NCBI RefSeq assembly: GCF_006345805.1
Contig: NC_043013.1
Span: forward strand, 54,126,001 to 54,190,000
Length of the DNA stretch: 64,000 nt
Reading direction: 5' to 3'
Source: Octopus sinensis
Taxonomy: Eukaryota
Below the pieces are notes generated by a model. The model made no database searches. It saw only the letters and a list, made by a program, of their open reading frames with translations, and had not been told where the DNA came from. Positions 1 through 13,028 of the stretch are shown here, piece after piece. Numbering within the stretch: the first letter of the stretch is position 1; each line of letters starts with the position of its first letter. A program made the position numbers and the translations under genes.

Positions 1-1479
1 AATTTACAAGCAACATTCACTTACACTTGAGATGTAAATAAATTGTAAATAATATAGTTATTTTTTATGAACAAAATATGTCTTGTAATTATATTAAGGA
101 AAGAAACAGAAAATAGCCTTCTCATCATGTGTGTGTGCATGTGTGTGTGTTTGTGCATGTGTCTATGTACATCGAAAATGTATTAAGAGAGGAAAAATCC
201 CTTTAACTATAATAGTGGGTTGTCATAAGAAATGTAATATGTGAGAGTAAAACTTTAGATTTAAGAATAATCCCATGCTAAAGTGAGGAATAACTAGCTT
301 GTGAACGATGAAGGAAAATAATCAATCAAAAGCTGCACTAAAAAGGGAAAAGAAAACAATATAAAGTATTTTATGAGACAGAAATCTCTCATAAAATAGG
401 CGTCGTTCATGGCTCCTGCAAATAAGCATAAAGGAAAGTGACTTAAAGTGACTTTGCACCACATGGATGTGAAATAGATTACAAATTCAAACAAGATGTA
501 ATCTTTGTGTGAAATAATTCTAGGAAAGCAATAAATATATTTTGAATTTGTAAAAACAAATGCAAAAATGACGATTTCTAAACAGGAAGTTTTATTTACA
601 TTTTTTTTTTTTTTGCTTTGATTTCAATCTGAAGCAAAACTCTTCCGCTTACATTTTGCCTTTACATAAAATAATATCCAAGCGTATTTATATATTTACT
701 TGGCACTATGATATGAAACAACGAAAAGAAACCAAACAGAAAAATATCAGATAAGTATGCTATTTAAAAGTAAACGAATGGCTTCAAGTTTTCTTAGGTA
801 GAATAATGTGTCAGTAAAAAATAAATAATGTTCTACTTTAGATATCAAAGACTTAGAGAATAAAAAACAAAAAAATGTACCAGTTTTTGAGACTGGTTAC
901 TAAAAGCAAACCAAAAAAGAACATCAAAATAGTCCTTAAGATGCTAGTTGTCAAAATCGGTGAGCGTCAAGATTTGCCATTAAACAGTATTTCTCTTCCA
1001 AAATGTAAAACTATTTAGAAAACCTGCTGCATTGTATGGCGTATATCATGGTGCAATCAGCTATTTTTCATATGTTACAGACACATAAACACACCCTCTC
1101 TTTCTCTTACACACTCATGTGTCTGTACAAATATAGATATAAATTGTATATATGCAATTGTATATAAATACAGAAATAGGGTAATGGCTTTACGTGAAGT
1201 TACATTAGGTATGTTAAATTACAGTTAGTTGTCCTGTTAAAACAGACATAGTTTACTATCCCACTAAAGTTGATACTAAATGAATACCATTATTATAAAT
1301 CAATATGATTACCAAAGAGGGAAAGTGGTCATAAGATCAGTCAACATCTATACCTTCATACTAAAACCACTCTCTCTCTCTCAAATGCAAAACTTATTTA
1401 TAAATTAACATTGATTGCTTTAATCAATCATCTATTATTAATTTCAGGGAACAATTCTGGTTAAGTCTATCTTAGCAAT

Positions 1480-2400
1480 TCCATGATTGTGGAATTTACT
1501 TATTCAGAGGTATTTAAGATTGGTTGCTCATGGGAATTCCTCTATGCTGATGACATTGTTTCTTAAAGCTGAAACTATAGTAGAACTAAGAATGGAATTC
1601 CAGGTGTGGAAGAAAAACCTGGAATTAAAGAGTATTGAAATTATCTTCACAAAGACCAAAGTTCTAGTTGGCAGGAAAACAGAAACCCTTTGGGTGAATG
1701 GCCTCATTCTATATGTAGAAAAAGTGTAGGTGAAAATTCCATACAGTGTACTCAGTGCAAACTATAAACCCATTGGCAGAGCAGTGGAATAAAAGGAAGA
1801 TTAACAGAGAAAGTAGGATTTGTTTGTGGCAGATGTGCAAGAGCAATAAAAAGGGCACATAGGAAATAAATGCTATGCAATGCTCAGAAGGGCTCCCAAG
1901 TTAGCATTGGAGAAAGATGTTCTGAAAGTATAATTGCTAAGAACTGGATGGAGAAAGCTGAGGGAACTTTTACCTCAGCTGGTAACAAAAGCCTTCTTCA
2001 CAGTGAAAGACAGATTGTATGATGCCTATGTATGAACAGGAATGCTGCATGGTTGTGAAACTGAGGCTGTGAATGCAGGAGACATGTGAAGAATAGAAAG
2101 AAATGAAACTAGCATTCACCAATGGATGTGCAATGTCAGTGTGTATATATGACAAAGCACAAAAATGCTGAGAGAAAAAGTAGGAAAAAGTGGCATCGGA
2201 TGTTGTCTGCAGGAGACAAGATTGTGCTGGTTTGGTCATGTATTGTCATGTATTATGAGGACAGCCAATCACTAAACATGGAAAGAGTTTTTGTGGTAGA
2301 GGAAAGCTCAGGAAGATGTGGGATGAAATGGTGAAGACTGAAGGAGATGACAGGTGGCTGAGGTGAATGGTGATAGTATGTGCTTGAGAAGACCCATCCA
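1480..2400 (+). mobile_element. Decayed RTE-clade LINE, 3' half of reverse transcriptase
   Basis: Frameshifted GCSWEFLYADDIV (YADD at 1543-1554), then ELRMEFQVWKKNLELK..TKTKVL, a Cys-rich segment, LYDAYV.TGMLHGCET and IERNETSIHQWMCNVSV. Multiple stops and frameshifts. Confidence 0.85.
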
Positions 2401-4128
2401 TCTCAGCAGAATTGAGTTTCTGTCAAGCCTTTCTCCAAACCTCATCTTCTAATTCCCATTCTTCCATCAGTCTTCTTTGTGACTCTATTACTTTCCTTCT
2501 TTTTCCATCTTCTGAACTGATATGCTCTGTAAAGTCAACCTTGATGGGATTTGAACTCAGAAAATAAAGATGGATGAAATGCTACTTAGCATTTGCCTCA
2601 CATGCTAACCATTCTATCAGCTCACTGCCTACAACAAAAACAATAACAACAATAATAATAACAGTGACAACACGCTTAGACCTGCTTGAACACCTGAAGC
2701 CTACTCGTGTCAATTACAGTGTCTTATTCCCATTTGACGGTCATGGATTGTCAAGTTTTCACTTAATTTGATAGTAAATCCTTATTCAGACACAATGATA
2801 AAACGTTTCCCTATTCTCACACTTCTTTTGTGACATTCACAAGTAATAAGCAATCATGGCTTTTAATGCTCAAGAACATGCAGTTAGGAACACAAAAGAT
2901 TTTTCATATTCAGTGTTTAGTGAGAGAAATTTATCAGCTTTGCCAATTAGCAAGCCATCACTTATTGTGGAGAACAGCAGCCACACTTGTACATTACTAG
3001 GTTAGTAAAAAGTTACCAAGCAAATTGGCTATTCAGGATGATTTTAAAGGAATCAATTTTCTAAATGTACATAGTAATTCTTTGTATGAAAGTGAGCCAT
3101 AATGGTAATTCAAAAGCGTGGAATTTCTTTCTCTTACTGCAAGAATTTCCATGTTAGGATTGTTCATCGTATTTGATGTTTCAATTGTCTTTTATACATC
3201 TGTGCTTTGTATATATCCATGTATGTGTATGATTGTTTGAAAATATATTTAAAATATGAAGAGGTGTGTCATTTTCAGATATATTTTTCCAGAGACCTGA
3301 ACATAGGAGTGTATATAAGAAATTGATTGCCTAAAAAACAAATTTTTCAATTAGTTTTTTTTTCTTTTAGTATTTGGCATATAAATAAGGAATTAAAATA
3401 TAGTTTAGATAATGTGCTGCTAAATCTTTGCAATATTTTTAAAAAAAGAACCCACTAATTATTTTTTATATTTAATCCTGATGTTTAAAGTTTTTCAGTC
3501 AACAGAAAATTATTCAATGATTGCAAATTAGCTCCCAAATGACACCGTTTATGAAACTAAATATGATGGCTGTTTTTAATCATTCTGTTTATCCTTACAC
3601 GTTTCTCTAACATCAATTGTGATGTGGTTATTGGTTTTTCACTTTTATTCTAGTTAAAAATAATAATTAATGAAAGTAGTCTAGAATATGAAGCAAAAAT
3701 CTGATCAGTGTGATTATCATGAAGGCTGTAAAAAATGTTAGCACCGTTATATCATATTAGATTCAGTAATTGACAACAACTTTGTATAACCAAGGTGCAT
3801 ATACAGGCTGTTACTTGTGGTATGAAGTTGAAGAGTGAAGAAATGGCAATGATGTTTCCGTTTACCAGTACCAAACCAAGTTGTTGTTGGTGATGAATAT
3901 AAAAGGAGCAACAAAATTGAATTAAACAAAGAAAGAATTCAACAGAGATAAAACTTAACAAAAAATAATCTATTTTGATCATTCTATCAAAAGATAATGT
4001 TTCATGTTTGAGGATATCTTTGCTGCATGTAAACTCTCACTATCAGAACATAAGATTTTGTTATATCTCCAACACTACATACTTCTAAGCATGTGTGCGT
4101 GCACACACACACACACACACACACGCAC

Positions 4129-4167
<39 letters not shown>

Positions 4168-5898
4168 CACACACACTCCTAAGCAGATAATATCATCCAA
4201 CAGTTACCTTTATTTGTACATGAGCGTCGTCTGCGGCTTGCACTATGTCCATGAACAGAGTTCTTTAAATGATTCCTTAAAAGTGACACAACAACTTAAC
4301 CTTCTCCAACACCTGAAAGCCACCCCAACCCTGCACAAACACACATTACAGAAATATTTTGGCACAACATCCCCCTCCTTATAGATGATCATCACACAAC
4401 TAAACCCGTTACAAATACTACTCAACCCTGATGAGCTCTGATGGTAACGTCTCATCGACTTGCTTGATCTAGTTTCAGTTCTGGTCAGTTGTTGACCAGT
4501 TACCAAACTCAAGTACAGATCACATATAAATGAAGGCTATTTACTTAATTGATAAAGTTCATTGACCACCATACTATAAAGTCACAGTTGTGCTGCTTGT
4601 TTTCTCTCTTACCCTATTTCTTTCACTATCCAAATAGCACCTAACCCTCTAAAAGATCAATCTAAAAGCCATCTTCAATGAGACCCACCTAATAAACTTT
4701 TCTCTGTTCATTTTGACATTCCTGCTGTCTCCCTTCCTGGATTCCTCATTAAATATACAACCATTCTTTTCCATTATGGCACTTTGGAATTATTTTCTTT
4801 GCTAATATTGGCCATGAGAAGACCAACCCATTACAAGATGCAGCTCCTTTGTCTGGTTAGGGATTACAACGTTAATGAGGGTTACCTCTCTCCAGCTAAT
4901 TAAAAATAATTATTTGTCATACCAACTATATCACTCATTAAGTATAAAAATTAAAGTCTTATAAAATATTATGTATGCATAAATATACACATTTGTATCT
5001 TCATATATCCATAGATATACCTAGGGTCTAGGATAATAAGGTAAAAGTTTTTATTTTTCAATCACTTTCAGAATTACAACAATTAGTGGCTCTTTCTAGT
5101 GAGTCAGATATCCTATTTTTTGGGGTATCTCTTATGTGTTCTAATGTACACTGTATTCTTCTCTCAATCATGTATAGTCTATTGACTAAATTTTTTCCTT
5201 CCCGCTAGACCACTGAAGATAAATATTCTTGCTACCCTAAGATTTTAATTAACGATATACCTACATATATATAAACATGCATAAATGCTTGTATAAATTG
5301 GTATTTTGTGTGCTCGTCCTAAATGTAATTTTAACAAACATCAATTTTATTAAAGCCCTATCATACTGCCACTTGTTACCATTACACTTCATAAGATCAA
5401 TAGACATTCTTTTCCATCAATATCTGAATGCTATCTTTGATTTACTTTTCATCCGAACTAGCCCCTTCTGTATCAGGACTGTTTGATAACTATTTTTTTT
5501 CTCAGTGTGGAACTCCCAGGTCATTCATGACAATGTCCCATCAACATTGATCATGCTGAATTCATACAATTATTTTATCAACCCAGGAAGCATGGACTCA
5601 ATTTTTCTTGTAGCTCAATTGCTCAGAAATGGTTTATTTTTATTCTCACAGGAAATAATTTTCAGTAAAAGCAAACAAACTAACAAGAGTCAATTAGAAA
5701 ATATGTTTTGCTATTCATGTGCAAATCATTTCACCTATTTTTTCATACTTTAATGACTTCAGCTGAAATATTTCAAATATTCTTCTCTAATTCATTGTAT
5801 ATTGGACACCGACTGTCTTTTACTGATGAAAATTGTCTGTAAGATTTTAAACATTTAAATAAGGAACAGTCTACAACACACACACACACACACACACA

Positions 5899-5954
<56 letters not shown>

Positions 5955-6611
5955 TTCTAAACTGAGAAATGTAATTAAATTATTTTTTAAAGAACAAACA
6001 AAAAAGTCATTTCCTGAAAAAGATTTGTCCTTTTCTTATAAACCACATAAAATGGCTTCTAAAAAGCTTGGAGATTTTTACAGGATTTATTAGAAACTTA
6101 AAAACATAACGTAACCTTTAGAGAGTAGCAAAGATATGATATCTTTAGAAAGATAACTAACACATAATATTGTGTGGTTAAAAACTTATCTTTGAGTTAC
6201 TGTTGCAATCATTCCCAACCTGAAATCAACATCCTGATTGAAATCCTTCTAAATGTGTAGGGTTTCATCTTGTTGTGCATTGAAGTATAGATAAGCTCAT
6301 TATACAATCATATTAGGTTTATGAACTAGAGAATTCTTTAAAGTTTAATAATCAATTCAAGTTAATTTTTGCAGTAAAAAATTCCCAGTTATAATGTTAT
6401 TTATATATTGTAAGTGATCAGATGTCATACAGAGTAAATGGAAATTTTTTAAATTAAAGTCTAAGGCAAAAGAAAAAAGCGAAAGAGAAAAATTTTAATA
6501 TTTTCCTCAAACGTAAAACTAGAACCATTACTAAACAGAATAAAACTCTTCCGGGAAAACCATTTCTAGTTCTACGTTCCACATCTTATAAATAAAAAAC
6601 TATTTACTTAC

Positions 6612-6727
6612 CTTCTTGACAAGTAGCACTGCAAGGTGACCAGTGAGAATAATCAGTTACTTCACAGTCTCGTGGGCATGGTAACTGGCAAGTCTGCACT
6701 TCATTAGGCTTTAAATTTCTAACACAC
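6612..6727 (-). CDS. THSD7A: THSD7-like TSR protein, internal exon E (116 nt, phase 2-1)
   Basis: Acceptor ttaatcctag|G, donor GAAG|gtaagt. Encodes (W)CVRNLKPNEVQTCQLPCPRDCEVTDYSHWSPCSATCQE(G). Parallels human CPESLRPETVRPCLLPCKKDCIVTPYSDWTSCPSSCKEG as I recall it, including the unusual YSxW in place of WSxW. Confidence 0.95.
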
Positions 6728-6957
6728 CTAGGATTAAGATAAACAAATAGTTATAAATACTTTAATGTACTTTTATTTCAAATTATTCCAACTCAATCGA
6801 TTGTGTATTTTCCTGAAAAAAATATATCTCATACAAACTTTATTTTTATTATTCATTGAATTAGATGGCTGTTTTCATACCAATCCTCTTCAGACCACCT
6901 CTTCTGGTTCTATGATACAAACTTGCTGTTTTAAAGTGATCTAAATTAAAACCTTCC

Positions 6958-7279
6958 ATACAGTTTCGTCTTGACTGGCTTCTGTGCTGGTGGCACGTAA
7001 AAAGCACCAACCGATCGTGGCTGTTGCTAGCCTCCCCTGGCATGTAAAAAGCACCAACCAATCATGGCTGTTGCCAGCCTCACCTGGCACCTGTGCCGGT
7101 AGCACATAAAAAGCACCCACTACACTCACGGAGTGGTTGGTGTTAGGAAGAGCATCCAGCTGTAGAAACTCTGCCAGATCAGACTGGAGCCTGGTGCAGC
7201 CTTCTGGCTTCTTAGACCCCGGTTGAACCATCCAACCCATGCTAGCATGGAAAACGGACGTTAAACGATGATGATGATG
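6958..7279 (+). mobile_element. RTE 3'-end type retroposon with (GAT)n tail (family C)
   Basis: Ends catgctagcatggaaaacggacgttaaacgatgatgatgatg and has internal tandem cacgtaaaaagcaccaaccgatcgtggc units. Homologous copies near 9229, 21057, 23275, 41150 and 56420. Confidence 0.8.
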
Positions 7280-8399
7280 TTCAAAACAGTAATTTTACTA
7301 AATTCTTCATTATTTTAAGAATTAATTGAAGCAATGGAAATGTGGTAACAAAGGTGTTGAGCAGGTATTTCACATACATTTTTGTAGTGTTTATGTATTT
7401 GTACATAAATACATTGTCTTGTAAAATCATCAGCTGAATAAATGGAAGTTGATTTATTGGTATGTTGTAGTTCTGTTTGTTTTTGTCTGGTGTGGAGAGG
7501 GGAATAAATTTCAAGACAGAATTACTAATTTCTAAAAGAACTGTTGATTCTGTAAGAACTGAAGAGAATAGTGTTATATAAACTGATGATGAGTTTTATG
7601 AAATTTCTTAAGTTGTTTATTGTTACAAAAAAATTGGTATCAGAAATAGGGTAAGTTTTCTAGAATGTGATTTGAACTTGGATATCTATATTCGAAAATT
7701 ATCTGCCGTAGTTAATTTCCTGAATATTTTTATTTGTTGTTTTTTCCTTAACTAGTAAGCATTATTTATGACTATTTCTTTGCTATAATTTCATCAGACT
7801 TTCTTATATTACAAATGTCTTGGCAAAAGTGATTCCTAGTTAAAATTCATGTAAAATGCAGTGCCAGAATTATTAATATTCTAACAAATGAATAACAAGT
7901 TCACAAAAAACCCCAAAAAATCTATTGTTTATTCTCTTATAAAAAAAAGTTTATTAAAAGATATCTTTACTGTAATTTATATTATGTATGAAAGCAGTTT
8001 TTCAGAAACTTCATTACTTAATGCGTTCTTTCTTCTAGCATGGTTGTGTCAGTTAATGTATATTGACTGCTAATTCTAGGAGACAATAATTAAATAAGGG
8101 CAGGTGAGTGACAAATGTGTTAGACAAAATACCTTGTGATATTTTTTCAGGCTCTTTACATTCATCTTTTCAGGGTTGATAAAGTACTAGTCAAGTAGTG
8201 GAGGCCTGTGTAATCCACTAAATCCCTCCCACCTCAAAATTGCTGGTCAAATGCATCAATTGGAAAGGGTTATGTCTATTTTATCCTGCTGGCATGGGTT
8301 AGATGACCTCATTAAAGGAGATTTTCTATGACTGATTGCCCTCCCTCTTGCCAATCCCTAACTTTTCTCAATTAAGGAAATATTTTCCCTTAGCTGAAC

Positions 8400-9020
8400 A
8401 TGTAGGAGTGGCTGTGTGGTAAGTAGCTTCCTTACGAACCACATGGTTACGGGGTCAGTCCCACTGCATGGCACTTTGGACAAGTGTCTTTTACTATAGC
8501 CTTGGGCTGAACAAAGTCTTGTGAGTGGATTTGGTAGACGGAAACTGAAAGAAGCCCGTCGTATATATGTATATATATATATAGTTAATCCAAACAAGAA
8601 AGCACAAAAAAAACACAATAACGCAAGAACGTGGAACAAATATAGTATTATTGGACGCTCAGGAAAAAAGGAAAGAAGGAGGGTTTAACGTTTCGAGCAG
8701 AGCTCTTTGTTGGAAACATAGAAGGAAAGATCCAGAGAAGGGAAGACAGAAGAAAAAAAATTGCCAACGGTACACACGAGGTCACATATGTATCTATATA
8801 TGTGTGTGTGTATATGTTTGTGTGTCTGTGTTTGTTCCCCAAACATTGCTTAACAACCGATGCTGGTGTGTTTATGTCCCCATAATTTAGCGGTTCGGCA
8901 AAAGAGACCGATGGTATAAGTACTAAGCTTACAAGGAATAAGTCCTGGGGGCGATTTGCTCAACTAAAGGTGGTGCTCCAGCATGGCCACAGTCAAATGA
9001 CTGAAACAAGTAAAAGAGTA
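8400..9020 (+). mobile_element. tRNA-derived CORE-like SINE (family B), interrupted by a Penelope-like fragment
   Basis: A-box-like ggctgtgtggtaag, B-box-like ggtcagtccc, CORE-like actttggacaagtgtc, internal (TA)n(TG)n, tail gactgaaacaagtaaaagag. Colinear with the copy at 16726-17162 apart from the 8584-8787 insert. Confidence 0.85.
8584..8787 (-). mobile_element. Penelope-like terminal-repeat fragment with degenerate hammerhead motif
   Basis: The reverse complement is homologous to 24326-24540. It contains gtttCCAACAAagagctctgctcGAAACGTTaaac and is flanked by TA repeats. Confidence 0.65.
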
Positions 9021-9228
9021 GATTGATACTGCCTGTATGAAGGTGACACTCATTTAGATTTATCATGCAGTTTCAAGACAAGGAGACACACACACAAATA
9101 GGCTTTCAATTTCTTTGGTCATCACTGGACACTTTGCCTAAGATGACACATATTGGAACTGCATCTGATGCCATGTCATTGCAAGCAAACTTCTGAACAT
9201 AGCTAAGCCAGTGATTTAGTTATCTTGA

Positions 9229-9480
9229 TCATCATCATCATCGCTTAACGTCCATTTTCCATGCTAGCATGGGTTGGACAGTTCGACCAAGGTCTGGGAA
9301 GCCAGAAGGCTGCACCAGGCTCCAGTCTGATCTTGCAGTGTTTCTACAGCTGGATGCCCTTCATAACACCAACCACTCTGTGAGTGTGGCAGGTGCTCTT
9401 TACGTGCCACCGGCACAGATGCCAGGCGAGGCTGGCAATGGCCACGATGGGTTGGTGCTTTTTACATGCCACCGGCACAA
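9229..9480 (-). mobile_element. Family C (GAT)n-tailed retroposon
   Basis: Plus strand begins catcatcatcatcgcttaacgtccattttccatgctagc, the inverse of 6958-7279. Confidence 0.8.
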
Positions 9481-10854
9481 TCCAAATCTGATATTAAAAT
9501 GGTTGCAGTTATTTTAAATGTCAAAACATTTTTTGTTTTTCATGTTTCATCACTGATTTATTGCTATAAAATATTCCAGACCGATTCTCCTCTGCATTTT
9601 TTTCAAGAGTCTTAAACTCAACTTTTAATATTATCCTAAAAATTTGTCTTCTTTATTCCTTAATATTCTTTCTTACTTTCATTAAGCTTGTTGGCAAGGA
9701 TGTGGAGCAATGGATAGTGAAATATGTAAAGTCCACCCTCAAAAGAACTTGCAGATTTCAATCCATCCCTAGGCGTTGTGCTTAAATACAAACATAGGCC
9801 AGGACAGTCTTTACATATCAAGTGCAAGTAAACGGAATAAGTATTAGTCATACTGGAGTCAGTTACATGGACTGTTCTTCCATGACTTGGTACCAATGTT
9901 AGTTGCAGTGATGTAAAAATACATCATGTGGTGCAATATTTGTCATATTAATAACACCCTACATGTCAGTAAGTGCTCCGTTAGCTTTGATGATAATGCA
10001 GGGAAAAGGCTAATTATTGCAACACGATATCATATTGCTCATATCAGGGTTTTTATCTGTAACCCTCATCCCTATTTTTGTTTATTGTTCTGAGTAATAA
10101 ATGGTATGATTCAAACTAGATTCTTTGCAGAGGCATAGAATTCATGTTCATAACTATTTGTCTTTCCTCCTGGGTTGAATAAAATCAATTCAGCTCCACC
10201 TGACAAATGGAGGATGGTTGGCTGGTTCGATGGATGGTTTCTGGGGTTTGTCTGTGAATATAAGCATTACACACATTACAAAAAAAGAACAATTTTTCAT
10301 GTCATAATCATTTGTTTTACATCTATTTTTTTTTTAGTAGGCTGGCAATTTTTTTATGGATCGATGAATATGGATCCCATTCACTATATTATATTAGCTT
10401 TTGGCTGAGGTTCTCAGTTCCTTCTTAACATCAGTAGCCATGGCAGCATTGTCTGGCTCTACTTATCTCTATAAAACAGTAAGTGAAGCTTTATTACAGA
10501 CTTCATATTGGGTTGCACTACATTATCCCCTTGGCTGGGAGGGATTAAAAGGAGCAGAACTAACAATAACATAAGTATAATCTAAAATGGTAGGAAAGAT
10601 ACCCAGGTGTGAACGTTTGAAAATTTACTCCATGGATTTCAACCATAAATCCGTATCTTGTGTGGTATCTATCCACAATTATGCACACACACACACATAC
10701 ATATAAATAAAAATATATGGACTCACATTCACACACATGCATGCATATAAAATCACACACACACACACACATATATACTTATATATATATGCACATACAT
10801 ACATGCATATACACACACATGCACACACACACATATAAAACAGAATATTACATA

Positions 10855-10894
<40 letters not shown>

Positions 10895-11088
10895 GGCGGT
10901 GAGCTGGCAGTAACGTTAGCGTGCCGGGCGAAATGCTTAGCAGTATTTCGTCTGTCACTACATTCTGAGTTCAAATTCTGCCGAGGTCAACTTTGTTATG
11001 CACTGGGGTCGATGTAATCGACTTAATTCCTTTGTCTGTCCTTGTTTGTCCCCTCTATGTTTAGCCCCTTGTGGGCAATAAAGAAATA
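10895..11088 (+). mobile_element. tRNA-derived Meta-like SINE (family A) with internal deletion
   Basis: Head ggcggtgagctggcagtaacgttagc, B-box gagttcaaattc, tail gtttagccccttgtgggcaataaagaaata. Lacks the gcctttcatcctttcggggtcgataaa core present in other copies. Confidence 0.8.
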
Positions 11089-12797
11089 TATATATATATA
11101 TATATACATATCTATATATGACACAAGAAGCTTCACATTTGGTTTCACATTGTTTACAATTTGCATAGGTGCACAAGCCACTCATATTTTTTGGTAGTTG
11201 TATGTATGCATGTGTGTGTGCATACATGTCTGGTATTACACACTCACACAGAATGTAAAGCAGGCAGGTAAAAATCTTGTGAGTATCAGTATATAGAAAG
11301 GGTATGACATGTATATTTCAGCAATTCCTTGTTTTATTAAACCTCCAACGCACACACACACACACCTAAGCACACATTATTCGCCATAATACAATTATGA
11401 TAATCAAAATACATTTATTCAGAATATCTTTTTTTCCTTTCTTAGATGGTCGTATGCACTGAAATATTCAGTAGTCTCAAAATGGTTTCTGGCAAACAGT
11501 AAACTGAACAAATATCCTTACTCATGTAATGGAATGATGATTGAATTCCTGTGCACCTTTTCATACATCACTTAAAGACATGTACGCAAAGATAAATAAG
11601 AAACTGCTATTTAACTGCCCTGGAAGGTAACATATGGCAAGTTTCCTGCAGAAAATATCTGGTAGTCATTCGATTGATATGTTCATAACATTTTAATTCT
11701 ATCTTCTGGCTTTTGGGCATCAATAAAAGCCACGAGGAAAACAATGTTTCACAAAAGAACAATATAAATGAAAGACTAACAGGAATGAGATTTTGCAATG
11801 CGTTCTATAGAAAAGTGAACGAAGTCGAAGTCGTCACAGATGTTTGTTTGCTTTGTTTGAGATTTTAAAATTCTCACGATATTATTTTGTTGTCTTTGTT
11901 TCACTTTAAAAATGGTGTCCTGGTTTTAGTGTCTTGTAATTCAATATTATGTTTGTGGAAGCAGAAAACGGTATGATATGACAAGGACGTAGCTCTATTT
12001 GGTAAATGCTAACGATTACTTTAACATATTAGTGAGAAAGGACAAAAGATGGTTGAGAGAATGGTTGTTGTGTGTTTGAAAGAGAGAGAGAGAGAAAAGA
12101 ACACACACATTCACAAAGATGGCTTTGCGGAGTAAGAATATTTATCAATTTTTGCATGACCTAAGTATGGCTTCCTTGAGATTGCAATTTCCATATTCTG
12201 GACAAAAATAAAGTTAACTGATAATTGTATTAGCTTTGACTGAAAGTTATGGATGGATAACAACAAAACTCAAATCTACAGAAACAATCAAATAAAAGAA
12301 TATTAAAAAAACACATATAAATGGACCAAGTTCATTCATATATAAAAGCAAAAATGATTATCAAATTATTATTATTATTATTATTTAATTACAGCAGTCC
12401 TAGATTTCTGACTACATATATCAGGAATATATCTGAAGCCACTTTTGATCTAATCATTTTCTGCTTGCTTCTACTTAATTAGATTATGTAAATCTTTAGT
12501 TAATTAGCTATCAATATATTTAATGAGCAGGGCATTAGAAATGCTTAAGTCACATAAAATATGCAGAGAGAGAAAAAATATAACATTTCCTTGTTTAATC
12601 ATTTTTTGCTACTGAGACAATCAGCTTTATTTTGGTCTTGTCAGCAAAGTTTAGCTTCATTGTAAATTTGTTACATTGAACCTATACCAAGAACTGTTCC
12701 TCTTTTACATTGATAAACATATTAGAAAGTGAACATCAATAATTCTTGAGCAATATAGCCTGGCTTGAGCTCTAATTACCACATACAGGATTACGAT

Positions 12798-13028
12798 CAG
12801 GGCTGGTTTTAAGTCAGTTTGACAGATTTATTCAAATTTGCTCAATGAAAGGGCTCCATGTACTCTCTGGACTTGTAATAAAACATTAAAACTTTCATAT
12901 GTGCTTTCAATTTTTGGCTAGGACTGGTGTACTATACAAAACAATGTATCAATCTCCAGCTTTTGCAAAGTAGAGGACCCCACTGACAATTCTCTAATTG
13001 AGCCCCACATTTCCTAATGCTGGCCCTG
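12798..13028. mobile_element. hAT (Tip100/MER45-like) MITE
   Basis: Terminal inverted repeats cagggctgg...ctggccctg, with a degenerate 8-bp TSD (attacgat / attatggc). Confidence 0.5.

Noticed and set aside
4004-4384. 126-aa His/Thr-rich ORF
   Set aside because: It is driven by a (CA)n microsatellite. The same applies to the many YIYI, CVCV and THTH ORFs.
4425-4460. CTGATGAG hammerhead-like core
   Set aside because: There is no downstream stem II plus GAAA and no closing stem I.
1-6611. Search for the exon following exon E
   Set aside because: No phase-1 acceptor followed by a TSR-like frame was found; the exon probably lies outside the window.
9660-9896. ORF with ICKDCPGLCL, reminiscent of a piggyBac Cys-rich tail
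   Set aside because: Cysteine spacing is incomplete and no transposase core or TTAA-flanked TIR was seen.
11607-11798. ORF resembling a mariner-like N-terminal HTH
   Set aside because: The similarity is too weak to call without a profile search.
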